Shown here: piece by piece, positions 40,101-53,264 of the stretch
Position numbering within the stretch: the first letter of the stretch is position 1
Layout: every line of letters starts with the position of its first letter
NCBI GenBank assembly: GCA_964016885.1
Contig: OZ024741.1
Span: 216,504,001 to 216,568,000 of the forward strand
Direction: 5' to 3'
Length of the DNA stretch: 64,000 nt
DNA from: Eledone cirrhosa
Lineage: Eukaryota
The notes under the pieces: generated by a model
Seen by the model: only the letters and a program-made list of their open reading frames with translations
What the model was told of the DNA's origin: nothing
Databases searched by the model: none
Program-made: the position numbers and the translations under genes

Positions 40101-43100
40101 AGTCCTTCTTCCGATGTCTGTTCTCAAAGGTGAGATAGACATTGTAGAGCTAATACCTAGTCACCTGCTCTCATTGTATTCCCAGTCCTTCTTCCGATGT
40201 CTGTTCTCAAAGGTGAGATAGACATTGTAGAGCTAATACCTAGTCACCTGCTCTCATTGTATTCCCAGTCCTTCTTCCGATGTCTGTTCTCAAAGGTGAG
40301 ATAGACATTGTAGAGCTAATACCTAGTCACCTGCTCTCATTGTATTGCCAGTCCTTCTTCAGATGTCTGTTCTCAAAGGTGAGATAGACATTGTAGAGCT
40401 AATACCTAGTCACCTGCTCTCATTGTATTCCCAGTCCTTCTTCCGATGTCTGTTCTCAAAGGTGAGATAGACATTGTAGAGCTAATACCTAGTCACCTGC
40501 TCTCATTGTATTCCCAGTCCTTCTTCCGATGTCTGTTCTCAAAGGTGAGATAGACATTGTAGAGCTAATACCTAGTCACCTGCTCTCATTGTATTTCCAG
40601 TCCTTCTTCCGATGTCTGTTCTCAAAGGTGAGATAGACATTGTAGAGCTAATACCTAGTCACCTGCTCTCATTGTATTCCCAGTCCTTCTTCAGATGTCT
40701 GTTCTCAAAGGTGAGATAGACATTGTAGAGCTAATACCTAGTCACCTGCTCTCATTGTATTCCCAGTCCTTCTTCCGATGTCTGTTCTCAAGGGTGAGAT
40801 AGACATTGTAGAGCTAATACCTAGTCACCTGCTCTCATTGTATTCCCAGTCCTTCTTCCGATGTCTGTTCTCAAAGGTGATATAGACATTGTAGAGCTAA
40901 TACCTAGTCACCTGCTCTCATCGTATTCCCAGTCCTTCTTCAGATGTCTGTTCTCAAAGGTGAGATAGACATTGTAGAGCTAATACCTAGTCACCTGCTC
41001 TCATTGTATTCCCAGTCCTTCTTCAGATGTCTGTTCTCAAAGGTGAGATAGACATTGTAGAGCTAATACCTAGTCACCTGCTCTCATTGTATTCCCAGTC
41101 CTTCTTCCAATATCTGTTCTCAAAGGTGAGATAGACATTGTAGAGCTAATACCTAGTCACCTGCTCTTATTGTATTCCCAGTCCTTCTTCCGATGTCTGT
41201 TCTCAAAGGTGAGATAGACATTGTAGAGCTAATACCTAGTCACCTGCTCTCATTGTATTGCCAGTCCTTCTTCCGATGTCTGTTCTCAAAGGTGAGATAG
41301 ACATTGTAGAGCTAATACCTAGTCACCTGCTCTCATTGTATTCCCAGTCCTTCTTCAGATGTCTGTTCTCAAAGGTGAGATAGACATTGTAGAGCTAATA
41401 CATAGTCACCTGCTCTCATTGTATTCGGAGTCCTTCTTTAGATGTCTGTTCTCAAACGTGAGATAGACATTGTAGTGCTAATACCTAGTCACCTGCTCTC
41501 ATTGTATTCCCAGTCCTTCTTCCAATGTCTGTTCTCAAAGGTGAGATAGACATTGTAGAGCTAATACCTAGTCACCTGCTCTTATTGTATTCCCAGTCCT
41601 TCTTCCGATGTCTGTTCTCAAAGGTGAGATAGACATTGTAGAGCTAATACCTAGTCACCTGCTCTCATTGTATTCCCAGTCCTTCTTCCGATGTCTGTTC
41701 TCAAAGGTGAGATAGACATTGTAGAGCTAATACCTAGTCACCTGCTCTCATTGTATTGCCAGTCCTTCTTCCGATGTCTGTTCTCAAAGGTGAGATAGAC
41801 ATTGTAGAGCTAATACCTAGTCACCTGCTCTCATTGTATTCCCAGTCCTTCTTCCGATGTCTGTTCTCAAAGGTGAGATAGACATTGTAGAGCTAATACC
41901 TAGTCACCTGCTCTCATTGTATTGCCAGTCCTTCTTCAGATGTCTGTTCTCAAAGGTGAGATAGACATTGTAGAGCTAATACCTAGTCACCTGCTCTCAT
42001 TGTATTCCCAGTCCTTCTTCCGATGTCTGTTCTCAAAGGTGAGATAGACATTGTAGATCTAATACCTAGTCACCTGCTCTCATTGTATTCCCAGTCCTTC
42101 TTCCGATGTCTGTTCTCAAAGGTGAGATAGACATTGTAGAGCTAATACCTAGTCACCTGCTCTCATTGTATTGCCAGTCCTTCTTCAGATGTCTGTTCTC
42201 AAAGGTGAGATAGACATTGTAGAGCTAATACCTAGTCACCTGCACTCATTGTATTCCCAGTCCTTCTTCCGATGTCTGTTCTAAAAGGTGAGATAGACAT
42301 TGTAGAGCTAATACCTAGTCACCTGCTCTCATTGTATTCCCAGTCCTTCTTCCGATGTCTGTTCTCAAAGGTGAGATAGACATTGTAGAGCTAATACCTA
42401 GTCACCTGCTCTCATTGTATTCCCAGTCCTTCTTCCGATGTCTGTTCTCAAAGGTGAGATAGACATTGTAGAGCTAATACCTAGTCACCTGCTCTCATTG
42501 TATTGCCAGTCCTTCTTCAGATGTCTGTTCTCAAAGGTGAGATAGACATTGTAGAGCTAATACCTAGTCACCTGCTCTCATTGTATTCCCAGTCCTTCTT
42601 CCGATGTCTGTTCTCAAAGGTGAGATAGACATTGTAGAGCTAATACCTAGTCACCTGCTCTCATTGTATTCCCAGTCCTTCTTCCGATGTCTGTTCTCAA
42701 AGGTGAGATAGACATTGTAGAGCTAATACCTAGTCACCTGCTCTCATTGTATTCCCAGTCCTTCTTCCGATGTCTGTTCTCAAAGGTGAGATAGACATTG
42801 TAGAGCTAATACCTAGTCACCTGCACTCATTGTATTCCCAGTCCTTCTTCAGATGTCTGTTCTCAAAGGTGAGATAGACATTGTAGAGCTAATACCTAGT
42901 CAGCTGCTCTCATTGTATTCCCAGTCCTTCTTCCGATGTCTGTTCTCAAAGGTGAGATAGACATTGTAGAGCTAATACCTAGTCACCTGCTCTCATTGTA
43001 TTCCCAGTCCTTCTTCCGATGTCTGTTCTCAAAGGTGAGATAGACATTGTAGAGCTAATACCTAGTCACCTGCTCTCATTGTATTGCCAGTCCTTCTTCA

Positions 43101-46100
43101 GATGTCTGTTCTCAAAGGTGAGATAGACATTGTAGAGCTAATACCTAGTCACCTGCTCTCATTGTATTCCCAGTCCTTCTTCCGATGTCTGTTCTCAAAG
43201 GTGAGATAGACATTGTAGAGCTAATACCTAGTCACCTGCTCTCATTGTATTCCCAGTCCTTCTTCCGATGTCTGTTCTCAAAGGTAAGATAGACATTGTA
43301 GAGCTAATACCTAGTCACCTGCTCTCATTGTATTCGCAGTCCTTCTTCAGATGTCTGTTCTCAAAGGTGAGATAGACATTGTAGAGCTAATACCTAGTCA
43401 CCTGCTCTCATTGTATTCCCAGTCCTTCTTCCGATGTCTGTTCTCAAAGGTGAGATAGACATTGTAGAGCTAATACTTAGTCACCTGCTCTCATTGTATT
43501 GCCAGTCCTTCTTCCGATGTCTGTTCTCAAAGGTGAGATAGACATTGTAGAGCTAATACCTAGTCACCTGCTCTCATTGTATTCCCAGTCCTTCTTCAGA
43601 TGTCTGTTCTCAAAGGTGAGATAGACATTGTAGAGCTAATACCTAGTCACCTGCTCTCATTGTATTCCCAGTCCTTCTTCCGATGTCTGTTCTCAAAGGT
43701 GAGATAGACATTGTAGAGCTAATACCTAGTCACCTGCTCTCATTGTATTCCCAGTCCTTCTTCCGATGTCTGTTCTCAAAGGTGAGATAGACATTGTAGA
43801 TCTAATACCTAGTCACCTGCTCTCATTGTATTCCCAGTCCTTCTTCCGATGTCTGTTCTCAAAGGTGAGATAGACATTGTAGAGCTAATACCTAGTCACC
43901 TGCTCTCATTGTATTCCCAGTCCTTCTTCCGATGTCTGTTCTCAAAGGTGAGATAGACATTGTAGAGCTAATACCTAGTCACCTGCTCTCATTGTATTGC
44001 CAGTCCTTCTTCAGATGTCTGTTCTCAAAGGTGAGATAGACATTGTAGAGCTAATACCTAGTCACCTGCACTCATTGTATTCCCAGTCCTTCTTCCGATG
44101 TCTGTTCTAAAAGGTGAGATAGACATTGTAGAGCTAATACCTAGTCACCTGCTCTCATTGTATTCCCAGTCCTTCTTCCGATGTCTGTTCTCAAAGGTGA
44201 GATAGACATTGTAGAGCTAATACCTAGTCACCTGCTCTCATTGTATTCCCAGTCCTTCTTCCGATGTCTGTTCTCAAAGGTGAGATAGACATTGTAGAGC
44301 TAATACCTAGTCACCTGCTCTCATTGTATTGCCAGTCCTTCTTCAGATGTCTGTTCTCAAAGGTGAGATAGACATTGTAGAGCTAATACCTAGTCACCTG
44401 CTCTCATTGTATTCCCAGTCCTTCTTCCGATGTCTGTTCTCAAAGGTGAGATAGACATTGTAGAGCTAATACCTAGTCACCTGCTCTCATTGTATTCCCA
44501 GTCCTTCTTCCGATGTCTGTTCTCAAAGGTGAGATAGACATTGTAGAGCTAATACCTAGTCACCTGCTCTCATTGTATTCCCAGTCCTTCTTCCGATGTC
44601 TGTTCTCAAAGGTGAGATAGACATTGTAGAGCTAATACCTAGTCACCTGCTCTCATTGTATTCCCAGTCCTTCTTCAGATGTCTGTTCTCAAAGGTGAGA
44701 TAGACATTGTAGAGCTAATACCTAGTCAGCTGCTCTCATTGTATTCCCAGTCCTTCTTCCGATGTCTGTTCTCAAAGGTGAGATAGACATTGTAGAGCTA
44801 ATACCTAGTCACCTGCTCTCATTGTATTCCCAGTCCTTCTTCCGATGTCTGTTCTCAAAGGTGAGATAGACATTGTAGAGCTAATACCTAGTCACCTGCT
44901 CTCATTGTATTGCCAGTCCTTCTTCAGATGTCTGTTCTCAAAGGTGAGATAGACATTGTAGAGCTAATACCTAGTCACCTGCTCTCATTGTATTCCCAGT
45001 CCTTCTTCCGATGTCTGTTCTCAAAGGTGAGATAGACATTGTAGAGCTAATACCTAGTCACCTGCTCTCATTGTATTCCCAGTCCTTCTTCCGATGTCTG
45101 TTCTCAAAGGTAAGATAGACATTGTAGAGCTAATACCTAGTCACCTGCTCTCATTGTATTCGCAGTCCTTCTTCAGATGTCTGTTCTCAAAGGTGAGATA
45201 GACATTGTAGAGCTAATACCTAGTCACCTGCTCTCATTGTATTCCCAGTCCTTCTTCCGATGTCTGTTCTCAAAGGTGAGATAGACATTGTAGAGCTAAT
45301 ACTTAGTCACCTGCTCTCATTGTATTGCCAGTCCTTCTTCCGATGTCTGTTCTCAAAGGTGAGATAGACATTGTAGAGCTAATACCTAGTCACCTGCTCT
45401 CATTGTATTCCCAGTCCTTCTTCCGATGTCTGTTCTCAAAGGTGAGATAGACATTGTAGAGCTAATACCTAGTCACCTGCTCTCATTGTATTGCCAGTCC
45501 TTCTTCAGATGTCTGTTCTCAAAGGTGAGGTAGACATTGTAGAGCTAATACCTAGTCACCTGCTCTCATTGTATTCCCAGTCCTTCTTCCGATGTCTGTT
45601 CTCAAAGGTGAGATAGACATTGTAGAGCTAATACCTAGTCACCTGCTCTCATTGTATTCCCAGTCCTTCTTCCGATGTCTGTTCTCAAAGGTGAGATAGA
45701 CATTGTAGAGCTAATACCTAGTCACCTGCTCTCATTGTATTTCCAGTCCTTCTTCCGATGTCTGTTCTCAAAGGTGAGATAGACATTGTAGAGCTAATAC
45801 CTAGTCACCTGCTCTCATTGTATTCCCAGTCCTTCTTCAGATGTCTGTTCTCAAAGGTGAGATAGACATTGTAGAGCTAATACCTAGTCACCTGCTCTCA
45901 TTGTATTCCCAGTCCTTCTTCCGATGTCTGTTCTCAAAGGTGAGATAGACATTGTAGAGCTAATACCTAGTCACCTGCTCTCATTGTATTCCCAGTCCTT
46001 CTTCCGATGTCTGTTCTCAAAGGTGAGATAGACATTGTAGAGCTAATACCTAGTCACCTGCTCTCATTGTATTCCCAGTCCTTCTTCCGATGTCTGTTCT

Positions 46101-46973
46101 CAAAGGTGAGATAGACATTGTAGAGCTAATACCTAGTCACCTGCTCTCATTGTATTGCCAGTCCTTCTTCCGATGTCTGTTCTCAAAGGTGAGATAGACA
46201 TTGTAGAGCTAATACCTAGTCATCTGCTCTCATTGTATTGCCAGTCCTTCTTCCGATGTCTGTTCTCAAAGGTGAGATAGACATTGTAGAGCTAATACCT
46301 AGTCACCTGCTCTCATTGTATTCCCAGTCCTTCTTCAGATGTCTGTTCTCAAAGGTAAGATAGACATTGTAGAGCTAATACCTAGTCACCTGCTCTCATT
46401 GTATTCGCAGTCCTTCTTCAGATGTCTGTTCTCAAAGGTGAGATAGACATTGTAGAGCTAATACCTAGTCACCTGCTCTCATTGTATTCCCAGTCCTTCT
46501 TCCGATGTCTGTTCTCAAAGGTGAGATAGACATTGTAGAGCTAATACCTAGTCATCTGCTCTCATTGTATTGCCAGTCCTTCTTCCGATGTCTGTTCTCA
46601 AAGGTGAGATAGACATTGTAGAGCTAATGCCTAGTCACCTGCTCTCATTGTATTGCCAGTCCTTCTTCAGATGTCTGTTCTCAAAGGTGAGATAGACATT
46701 GTAGAGCTAATACCTAGTCACCTGCTCTCATTGTATTCGCAGTCCTTCTTCACATGTCTGTTCTCAAAGGTGAGATAGACATTGTAGAGCTAATACCTAG
46801 TCACCTGCTCTCATTGTATTCCCAGTCCTTCTTCCGATGTCTGTTCTCAAAGGTGAGATAGACATTGTAGAGCTAATACCTAGTCACCTGCTCTCATTGT
46901 ATTCCCAGTCCTTCTTCCGATGTCTGTTCTCAAAGGTGAGATAGACATTGTAGAGCTAATACCTAGTCACCTG
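28179..46973 (+). repeat. Homogeneous 83-bp tandem satellite, 226 full units plus a partial one (18.8 kb)
   Basis: Unit GTGAGATAGACATTGTAGAGCTAATACCTAGTCACCTGCTCTCATTGTATTCCCAGTCCTTCTTCCGATGTCTGTTCTCAAAG; first GT 28262, last GT 46936 = 225x83-1 (one 1-bp deletion near 30431). Confidence 0.98.
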
Positions 46974-47335
46974 ATACAAATATTAATAAAAATAGATGTT
47001 CTTTTGATCAATTACATTTTATTATACATATTTCGGAGGTACAACAGTACGTCCGCATCAGACAAAACATAATGCTACATGACATACCCTGAGATCTTAA
47101 ATGGTTAAGTTTTTGATTAAATCTTAACCATTTAACATCTCAGAGTATGTCATGTAGCATTGAGGACGTACTGTTGTATCTCCGAAATATGTATAATAAA
47201 ATGTTATTGATCAAAAGAACATCTATTTTATTAATATTTGTATTTTAATATTAATTAATCTGGAAAATTATTTTTTCGTAGAGTACTTCCAATCTACTGT
47301 AAAACTCATTCTTTGATATACTCATTGAATCTTGT
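46974..47335 (+). mobile_element. PLE-like fold-back (palindrome 46974-47243) with damaged hammerhead copies, abutting the satellite
   Basis: Left arm minus: CTGATGC-GGA...TCC-GAAATATG; right arm lacks ~18 nt including CTGA; tail CGTAGAGTACTT. Confidence 0.7.
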
Positions 47336-47346
47336 TTAACTCTTTA

Positions 47347-47403
<57 letters not shown>

Positions 47404-47506
47404 CATATGATATATATATGATATATATATGATATATATATGATATATATATGATATATATATGATATATATATGATATATACATGATATATATATGATA
47501 TATATA
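47404..47506. repeat. 11-bp (ATGATATATAT)n repeat
   Basis: Direct reading. Confidence 0.9.
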
Positions 47507-47799
47507 TGACAACACCACAGTCTCAGACAAAAACAATGATTCCAAAATTCTTTTACCACCCCCACCCCTCCACTTCTCAAATATCTCTCTTCTGCCACCG
47601 TACACCATCCCTCGACCACATATACACACACATACACACATATATCCGTGTTGACACACGCACGCACATAGACACGCACATATGCGTGTTGATGCACACA
47701 TATGCACACATAGATACAAACACATACACGTATGAGTATTTATACACTTATGCACGCACACTCACAGGCAAAGACGCTCGCATGCACACATATATGTGT

Positions 47800-48390
47800 A
47801 TTCATACACACACATATACACATTTGCAGACACACAAACATACACAGAGATACATACATACATATTCATATATACACACAGACGTGCACATTTGCAGACA
47901 CACAAATATACACCGAGATACATACACATATACATATTCATATATACACACAGACGTACACATTTGCAGACACACAAACATACAGAGAGATACATATACA
48001 TATATACATATTCATACACACACACACACATGCACATTTGCAGACACACAAACATACACAGAGATACATATACATATATACATATTCATATACACACACA
48101 TACACATTTGCAGACACACAAACATACACAGAGATACATATACATATATACATATTCATATACACACACATACACATTTGCAGACACACAAACATACACA
48201 GAGATACATATACATATATACATATTCATATATACACACACGCATACACATTTGCAGACACACAAACATACACAGAGATACATACATATATACATATTCA
48301 TATATACACACACATACGTACACATTTGCAGACACACAAACATACACAGAGATACATACATATATACATATTCATATACACACACATATA
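47800..48390. repeat. CA-rich ~65-75-bp minisatellite, about 8 copies
   Basis: Repeated CACATTTGCAGACACACAAACATACACAGAGATACAT. Confidence 0.9.
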
Positions 48391-48425
48391 AGCATGAGGT
48401 GTTTTCTCGTTCCATGTCTCTTTCA

Positions 48426-48466
<41 letters not shown>

Positions 48467-48651
48467 ACTCTCTCTCACTCTCTGTCACTCTCTCTGTGTC
48501 TCTCTATCTATGTATCTGTCTCTCCTCTCTTTCTATCTATCACTCTATCTACCTATCTGTCTCTCTCTTTCTCTTTTTGTCTCTCTGTCTCTATCTATCT
48601 ATCTATCTGTCTCTCTCTCTCTCTCTTTCTCTCTCTGTCTCTATCTATCTA

Positions 48652-48712
<61 letters not shown>

Positions 48713-48718
48713 TTCTCA

Positions 48719-48759
<41 letters not shown>

Positions 48760-48848
48760 AATTCCTCTCACTGTCACATTACCATACCTCACCCCGCCAC
48801 TCCTTACATTTAAAACAAAACACCCTACTCTACTGACATTTCGGGCAC

Positions 48849-48888
<40 letters not shown>

Positions 48889-49688
48889 CCACAACCACAA
48901 CAACAACAACATCAACAACCACAACCACAACAACAGCAACAATAACAGCAGCAGCAGCAGCAGCAGTAATAATAATGCTACTACGAAGAATATCAACCAT
49001 CAACAACAACAACAACAACAACAGCAGCAATAACAACTACAGCACCAGCTCTGATGGCAAATGACAACAACAACAATAATAACTATAACTATGCATGAAC
49101 AGCAACTATCCAAAGAGATGGAGGAGGGGGAGGGGGGACTTGGTGACGGTGCCGGTGAATGTGGTGGGGTGGGGGTGATGGTGTTGGGTGGGGTTAAGTT
49201 TGCAGTGGTTATTTTTTTTTTTTTTTTTTTTAGACGGGCAGTGGAGGAGGTGGTGAGAGAGATGGAGCTGGAGGAGATGGAATCAGATGCTTCATCCCCT
49301 CCCTCCACCCCCACCCCACCACCATTCCTTCCCCCACCCTCATCCTCATCCTTGTTACTGTGGTTACTGAGATTTTTGGGGCGTGTGTGCGGCGTGTGGG
49401 TGGGTGGTTGTTGTGTGTGTGCGTGTGTGTTGTGGATACTTTAGTGGTGCCGAAATATATTTTGGCAGGAATACAGCAAAACAGGGATACAGAGATAGAG
49501 TTCTACTGGAATACAGGAATACAGGGATACTGGAATACTGGAATACAGGAATACTGGAATACAGGAATTCTGGAATACTGGAATACTAAATGTTGTGCCC
49601 TGTGGTGGTAAGTGTGTACATCGCATCCTAGTTATAGAATCAATCTTAACAAATTCTGTGACACATACTCACAAACTGACACAGACAC

Positions 49689-49776
<88 letters not shown>

Positions 49777-49827
49777 GTGTATGTGTGTGTGTGTGTGTTT
49801 GTGTTTGTGTTTGTGTGTATGTATGTA

Positions 49828-49892
<65 letters not shown>

Positions 49893-49971
49893 GTGTGTGT
49901 GTGTTTGTGTTTGTGTGTGTACATATATATATACATATTTTGCATGTATGTGCATCTCTATATGCATGTAA

Positions 49972-50003
<32 letters not shown>

Positions 50004-50033
50004 AAATCAAAAGATGGCTAAAAAAGTTCCATG

Positions 50034-50103
50034 TATTTTATTATGCGCATTTCAAAAACAAATATCATCATGGGATGATATTTGCGTTCTCATCAGATAA
50101 AAT
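50034..50103 (-). ncRNA. Canonical type-I hammerhead ribozyme in a solo pLTR fragment (~50000-50160) flanked by TA tracts
   Basis: Minus: TATTTTAT-CTGATGA-gaac GCAAATATCATC ccat GATGATATTTGT tttt-GAAA-T GCGC A-TA-ATAAAATA. Confidence 0.85.
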
Positions 50104-50157
50104 AGGGAGACATGATATGAAGCTTAAAAAACACTTGCGAGCAGTGAAGTGTTAAAT

Positions 50158-50210
<53 letters not shown>

Positions 50211-50405
50211 TATGCATATATACATGCACATACATGCATATATATGTGTGTGTGTATATATATACGTATATATGTATTCCTGTAGGTGTGCGTTTGTGTG
50301 TATGTATATTTGTATGCATGTAAGCATGCATATTTATATGGATGTATATGTGTATATGCTTCCATGCCAGTGTGGACGAATCAAATGACATAAACAGTAA
50401 AGCAA

Positions 50406-50446
<41 letters not shown>

Positions 50447-50633
50447 TGTGATATATGTGTGTGTGTATGCTTATATGCATGTATATGTATGCATGTATAT
50501 ATGTATGTATGTATTTATATATGTATGTATATCTATGCATGTATCTATATATGTATATATGTATGTATTAATATATGTATGTATGTATGTATGCATCCAT
50601 GTATGTATGTATACATGTTATTTTATGCACATG

Positions 50634-50665
<32 letters not shown>

Positions 50666-50739
50666 CGTGTGTATGTATCACTGCTTGTATTTATATCTAT
50701 TGGGGACATGTCTTTACGTAATATAAGAATATGTTTATC

Positions 50740-50957
50740 TACATGTGTTTATATATGTGTGTGTGCGTATGTGTGTATGTGTGTGCGTGTGTCTCTGAGT
50801 GTGTCTGTGTGTCTGTGTGTATGTGTGTGTGTCTGTGTATGTGTGTGTATGTTTCTGTGTGTCTGTGTGTGTGTCTGTTTGTGCGTGTGTGTTTCTTTCT
50901 GTGTGTGTGTCTGTGTGTGTGTGTGTTTGTGTCTGTGTGTGTGTCTCTGTGTTTGTC

Positions 50958-50988
<31 letters not shown>

Positions 50989-51137
50989 GTCTGTTTGTGT
51001 GTCTGTGTGTGTGTATTTGTGTGTGTGTATATGTGTATGTGTATGTGTGTCTGTGTGTGTGTGTGTCTGTTTGTGTATGTGTGTGTGTGTGTGTGTGTGT
51101 CTGCTTGTGTGTCTGTGTGTGTCTGTGTGTGTCTCTG

Positions 51138-51172
<35 letters not shown>

Positions 51173-51522
51173 CTGTTTGTGTGTCTGTGTGTGTGTATTT
51201 GTGTGTGTGTGTGTGTCTGTGTGTGTGTGTGTATGTTTGTGTGTGTGTGTGTGTGTATGTGTATGTCTATGTGTGTCTGTATGTGTGTGTGTCTGTGTCT
51301 GTTTGTGTATGTGTGTGTGTGTGTGTATTTGTGTGTGTCTGTGTGTGTGTGTGTGTGTGTCTGTGTGTGTGTGTATGTGGTATGTGTGTCTGTGTGTGTC
51401 TGTGTCTGTCTGTGTGTGTGTGTGTGTGTCTGTGTGTGTGTGTGTGTGTGTCTGTGTGTGTGTGTATGTGGTATGTGTGTCTGTGTGTGTCTGTGTCTGT
51501 CTGTGTGTGTGTGTGTGTGTGT
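50740..51522. repeat. Degenerate (GT)n/(GTCT) microsatellite
   Basis: Direct reading. Confidence 0.95.
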
Positions 51523-51718
51523 ATTACCGTTCGGTTCGTGGACAATTTATTAAGACAGTGTTTGATTCCTAGACGGAGCTGTATATTGTGTTTTGAGCTA
51601 AATTCTGTATCTCACGTGGCTTCCACATCTTTTGTGTGCACTTAACATACACCACAGTCAAAAGTATATCCTTCTCTATATATAGACTCCTATACTTTTC
51701 ACTGCCAATATTAGACTG

Positions 51719-51787
<69 letters not shown>

Positions 51788-51868
51788 GGTAAACAGAAAT
51801 TACAACACAATCGGTACAGTATATGGAAGGAATATATTAGGTTAACGCTTGATGTAGCAGGAAGAGGG

Positions 51869-51904
51869 TCTTAACGTTTCGGACGCTAGTCCTTCATCAG
51901 AAGA
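51869..51904 (-). ncRNA. Minimal type-I hammerhead in a solo pLTR fragment (~51784-51962)
   Basis: Minus: TCTT-CTGATGA-a-GGAC tagc GTCC-GAAA-CG-TT-AAGA. Confidence 0.85.
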
Positions 51905-51990
51905 AACAATGAAAAACAAGATAGATTGAGGGGACGGGTGGGTTATAATTGGGGGAGGGGGGATATATATATATCAATATATATCAATAT

Positions 51991-52028
<38 letters not shown>

Positions 52029-52038
52029 TCTATTCTTT

Positions 52039-52131
<93 letters not shown>

Positions 52132-52210
52132 TCTAGGGCGGGTAAAATTACCGAGATCCATACAGCTCTGAGTTTTTCATCCTCAGTGTATATATATATA
52201 TACATATGTG

Positions 52211-52271
<61 letters not shown>

Positions 52272-52529
52272 CTGTGTATACATATGTCTTTATAAATAGA
52301 GAGAGAGGGAGGAGAGAGAGAATGTCAGAGTAAATTTCTTAAACCATGTAATAGCTTGACAAATATTGAGTATATGAAAGCAGTATTAAATATGGTATGT
52401 ATTGATAAGCAAAGAATCAATATGATCTTACAATGATTTGCTCCTCCGAATCTACGTCTTGGCGGGGGGCGGGGGACTATCCCAGCTCATTGTGTAGTCA
52501 TTTATTGTGTTTCTGGAGATGTACAATAT

Positions 52530-53235
52530 TTAATAATTGTTTCTACTTTTGGCACAAGGCCAGCAATTACTCCAGTGGTGCTTTATTTTATCGACCCCGT
52601 AAGGTTGAAAGGCAAAGTTAACCCAGGCGGGATTTGAGCTCAAACCGTAAAGGGGCGTAACTATATACTGGAAAGCATGTTGTCCGACTCTCTAATGGAT
52701 TCTGGTTCATGCACAAGGCCAGCAATTTTGGGGAAAGCGAAAGTCGATTAAATCGACCCCAGTGCTTGACTGGTGCTTTATTTTATCGACCCCGTTAGGC
52801 GAACCTAACCTCAGGAGAAATTGAACTCAGAACTGAAAGAGATGTATCTCTATGCCACGAATGATAATAATAATAATAATAATTGTTTCTACTTTTGGCA
52901 CAAGGCCAGCAATTAACCAGTACATTACTGGTACTTTATTTTATCGACCCCGTAAGGATGAAAGGCAAAGTTAACCTCGGCGGGATTTGAACTCAGAATA
53001 GCAAGGGCCATAATAATAATGGTTTCTGATTTAGGAAGATGGCCAGCAATTTTGGGAGAGAGGAAAGTCGATTAAATCGACCCCAGTGCGTCACTGTTAC
53101 TTTAATTTACCGACCACGTAAGGATGAGAGGCAAAGTTAACCTCAGCGGGATCTGAACTCAGATCATAAAGGAATGTAACTCTATGCCACGAAGCATGGT
53201 GTCCGACGCTTTACTGATTCTGCCAATCCACCAAT
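52530..53235 (-). mobile_element. Tandem cluster of four Meta/MESC-type SINE copies
   Basis: Four repeats of TTTTATCGACCCCGTAAGGATGAAAGGCAAAGTTAACCTCGG-like domain with (TAA)n tails. Confidence 0.85.
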
Positions 53236-53264
53236 TTAATACTGCTTCGTTATATTCAATATAT

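Noticed and set aside
28179-46973. CRISPR array interpretation of the 83-bp repeat
   Set aside because: No unique spacers, since whole units are near identical; no cas genes; eukaryotic context.
49000-49444. Ser/Pro/Gly-rich ORFs on both strands
   Set aside because: Low-complexity sequence with a T20 run and nearby in-frame stops; cannot be supported as CDS.
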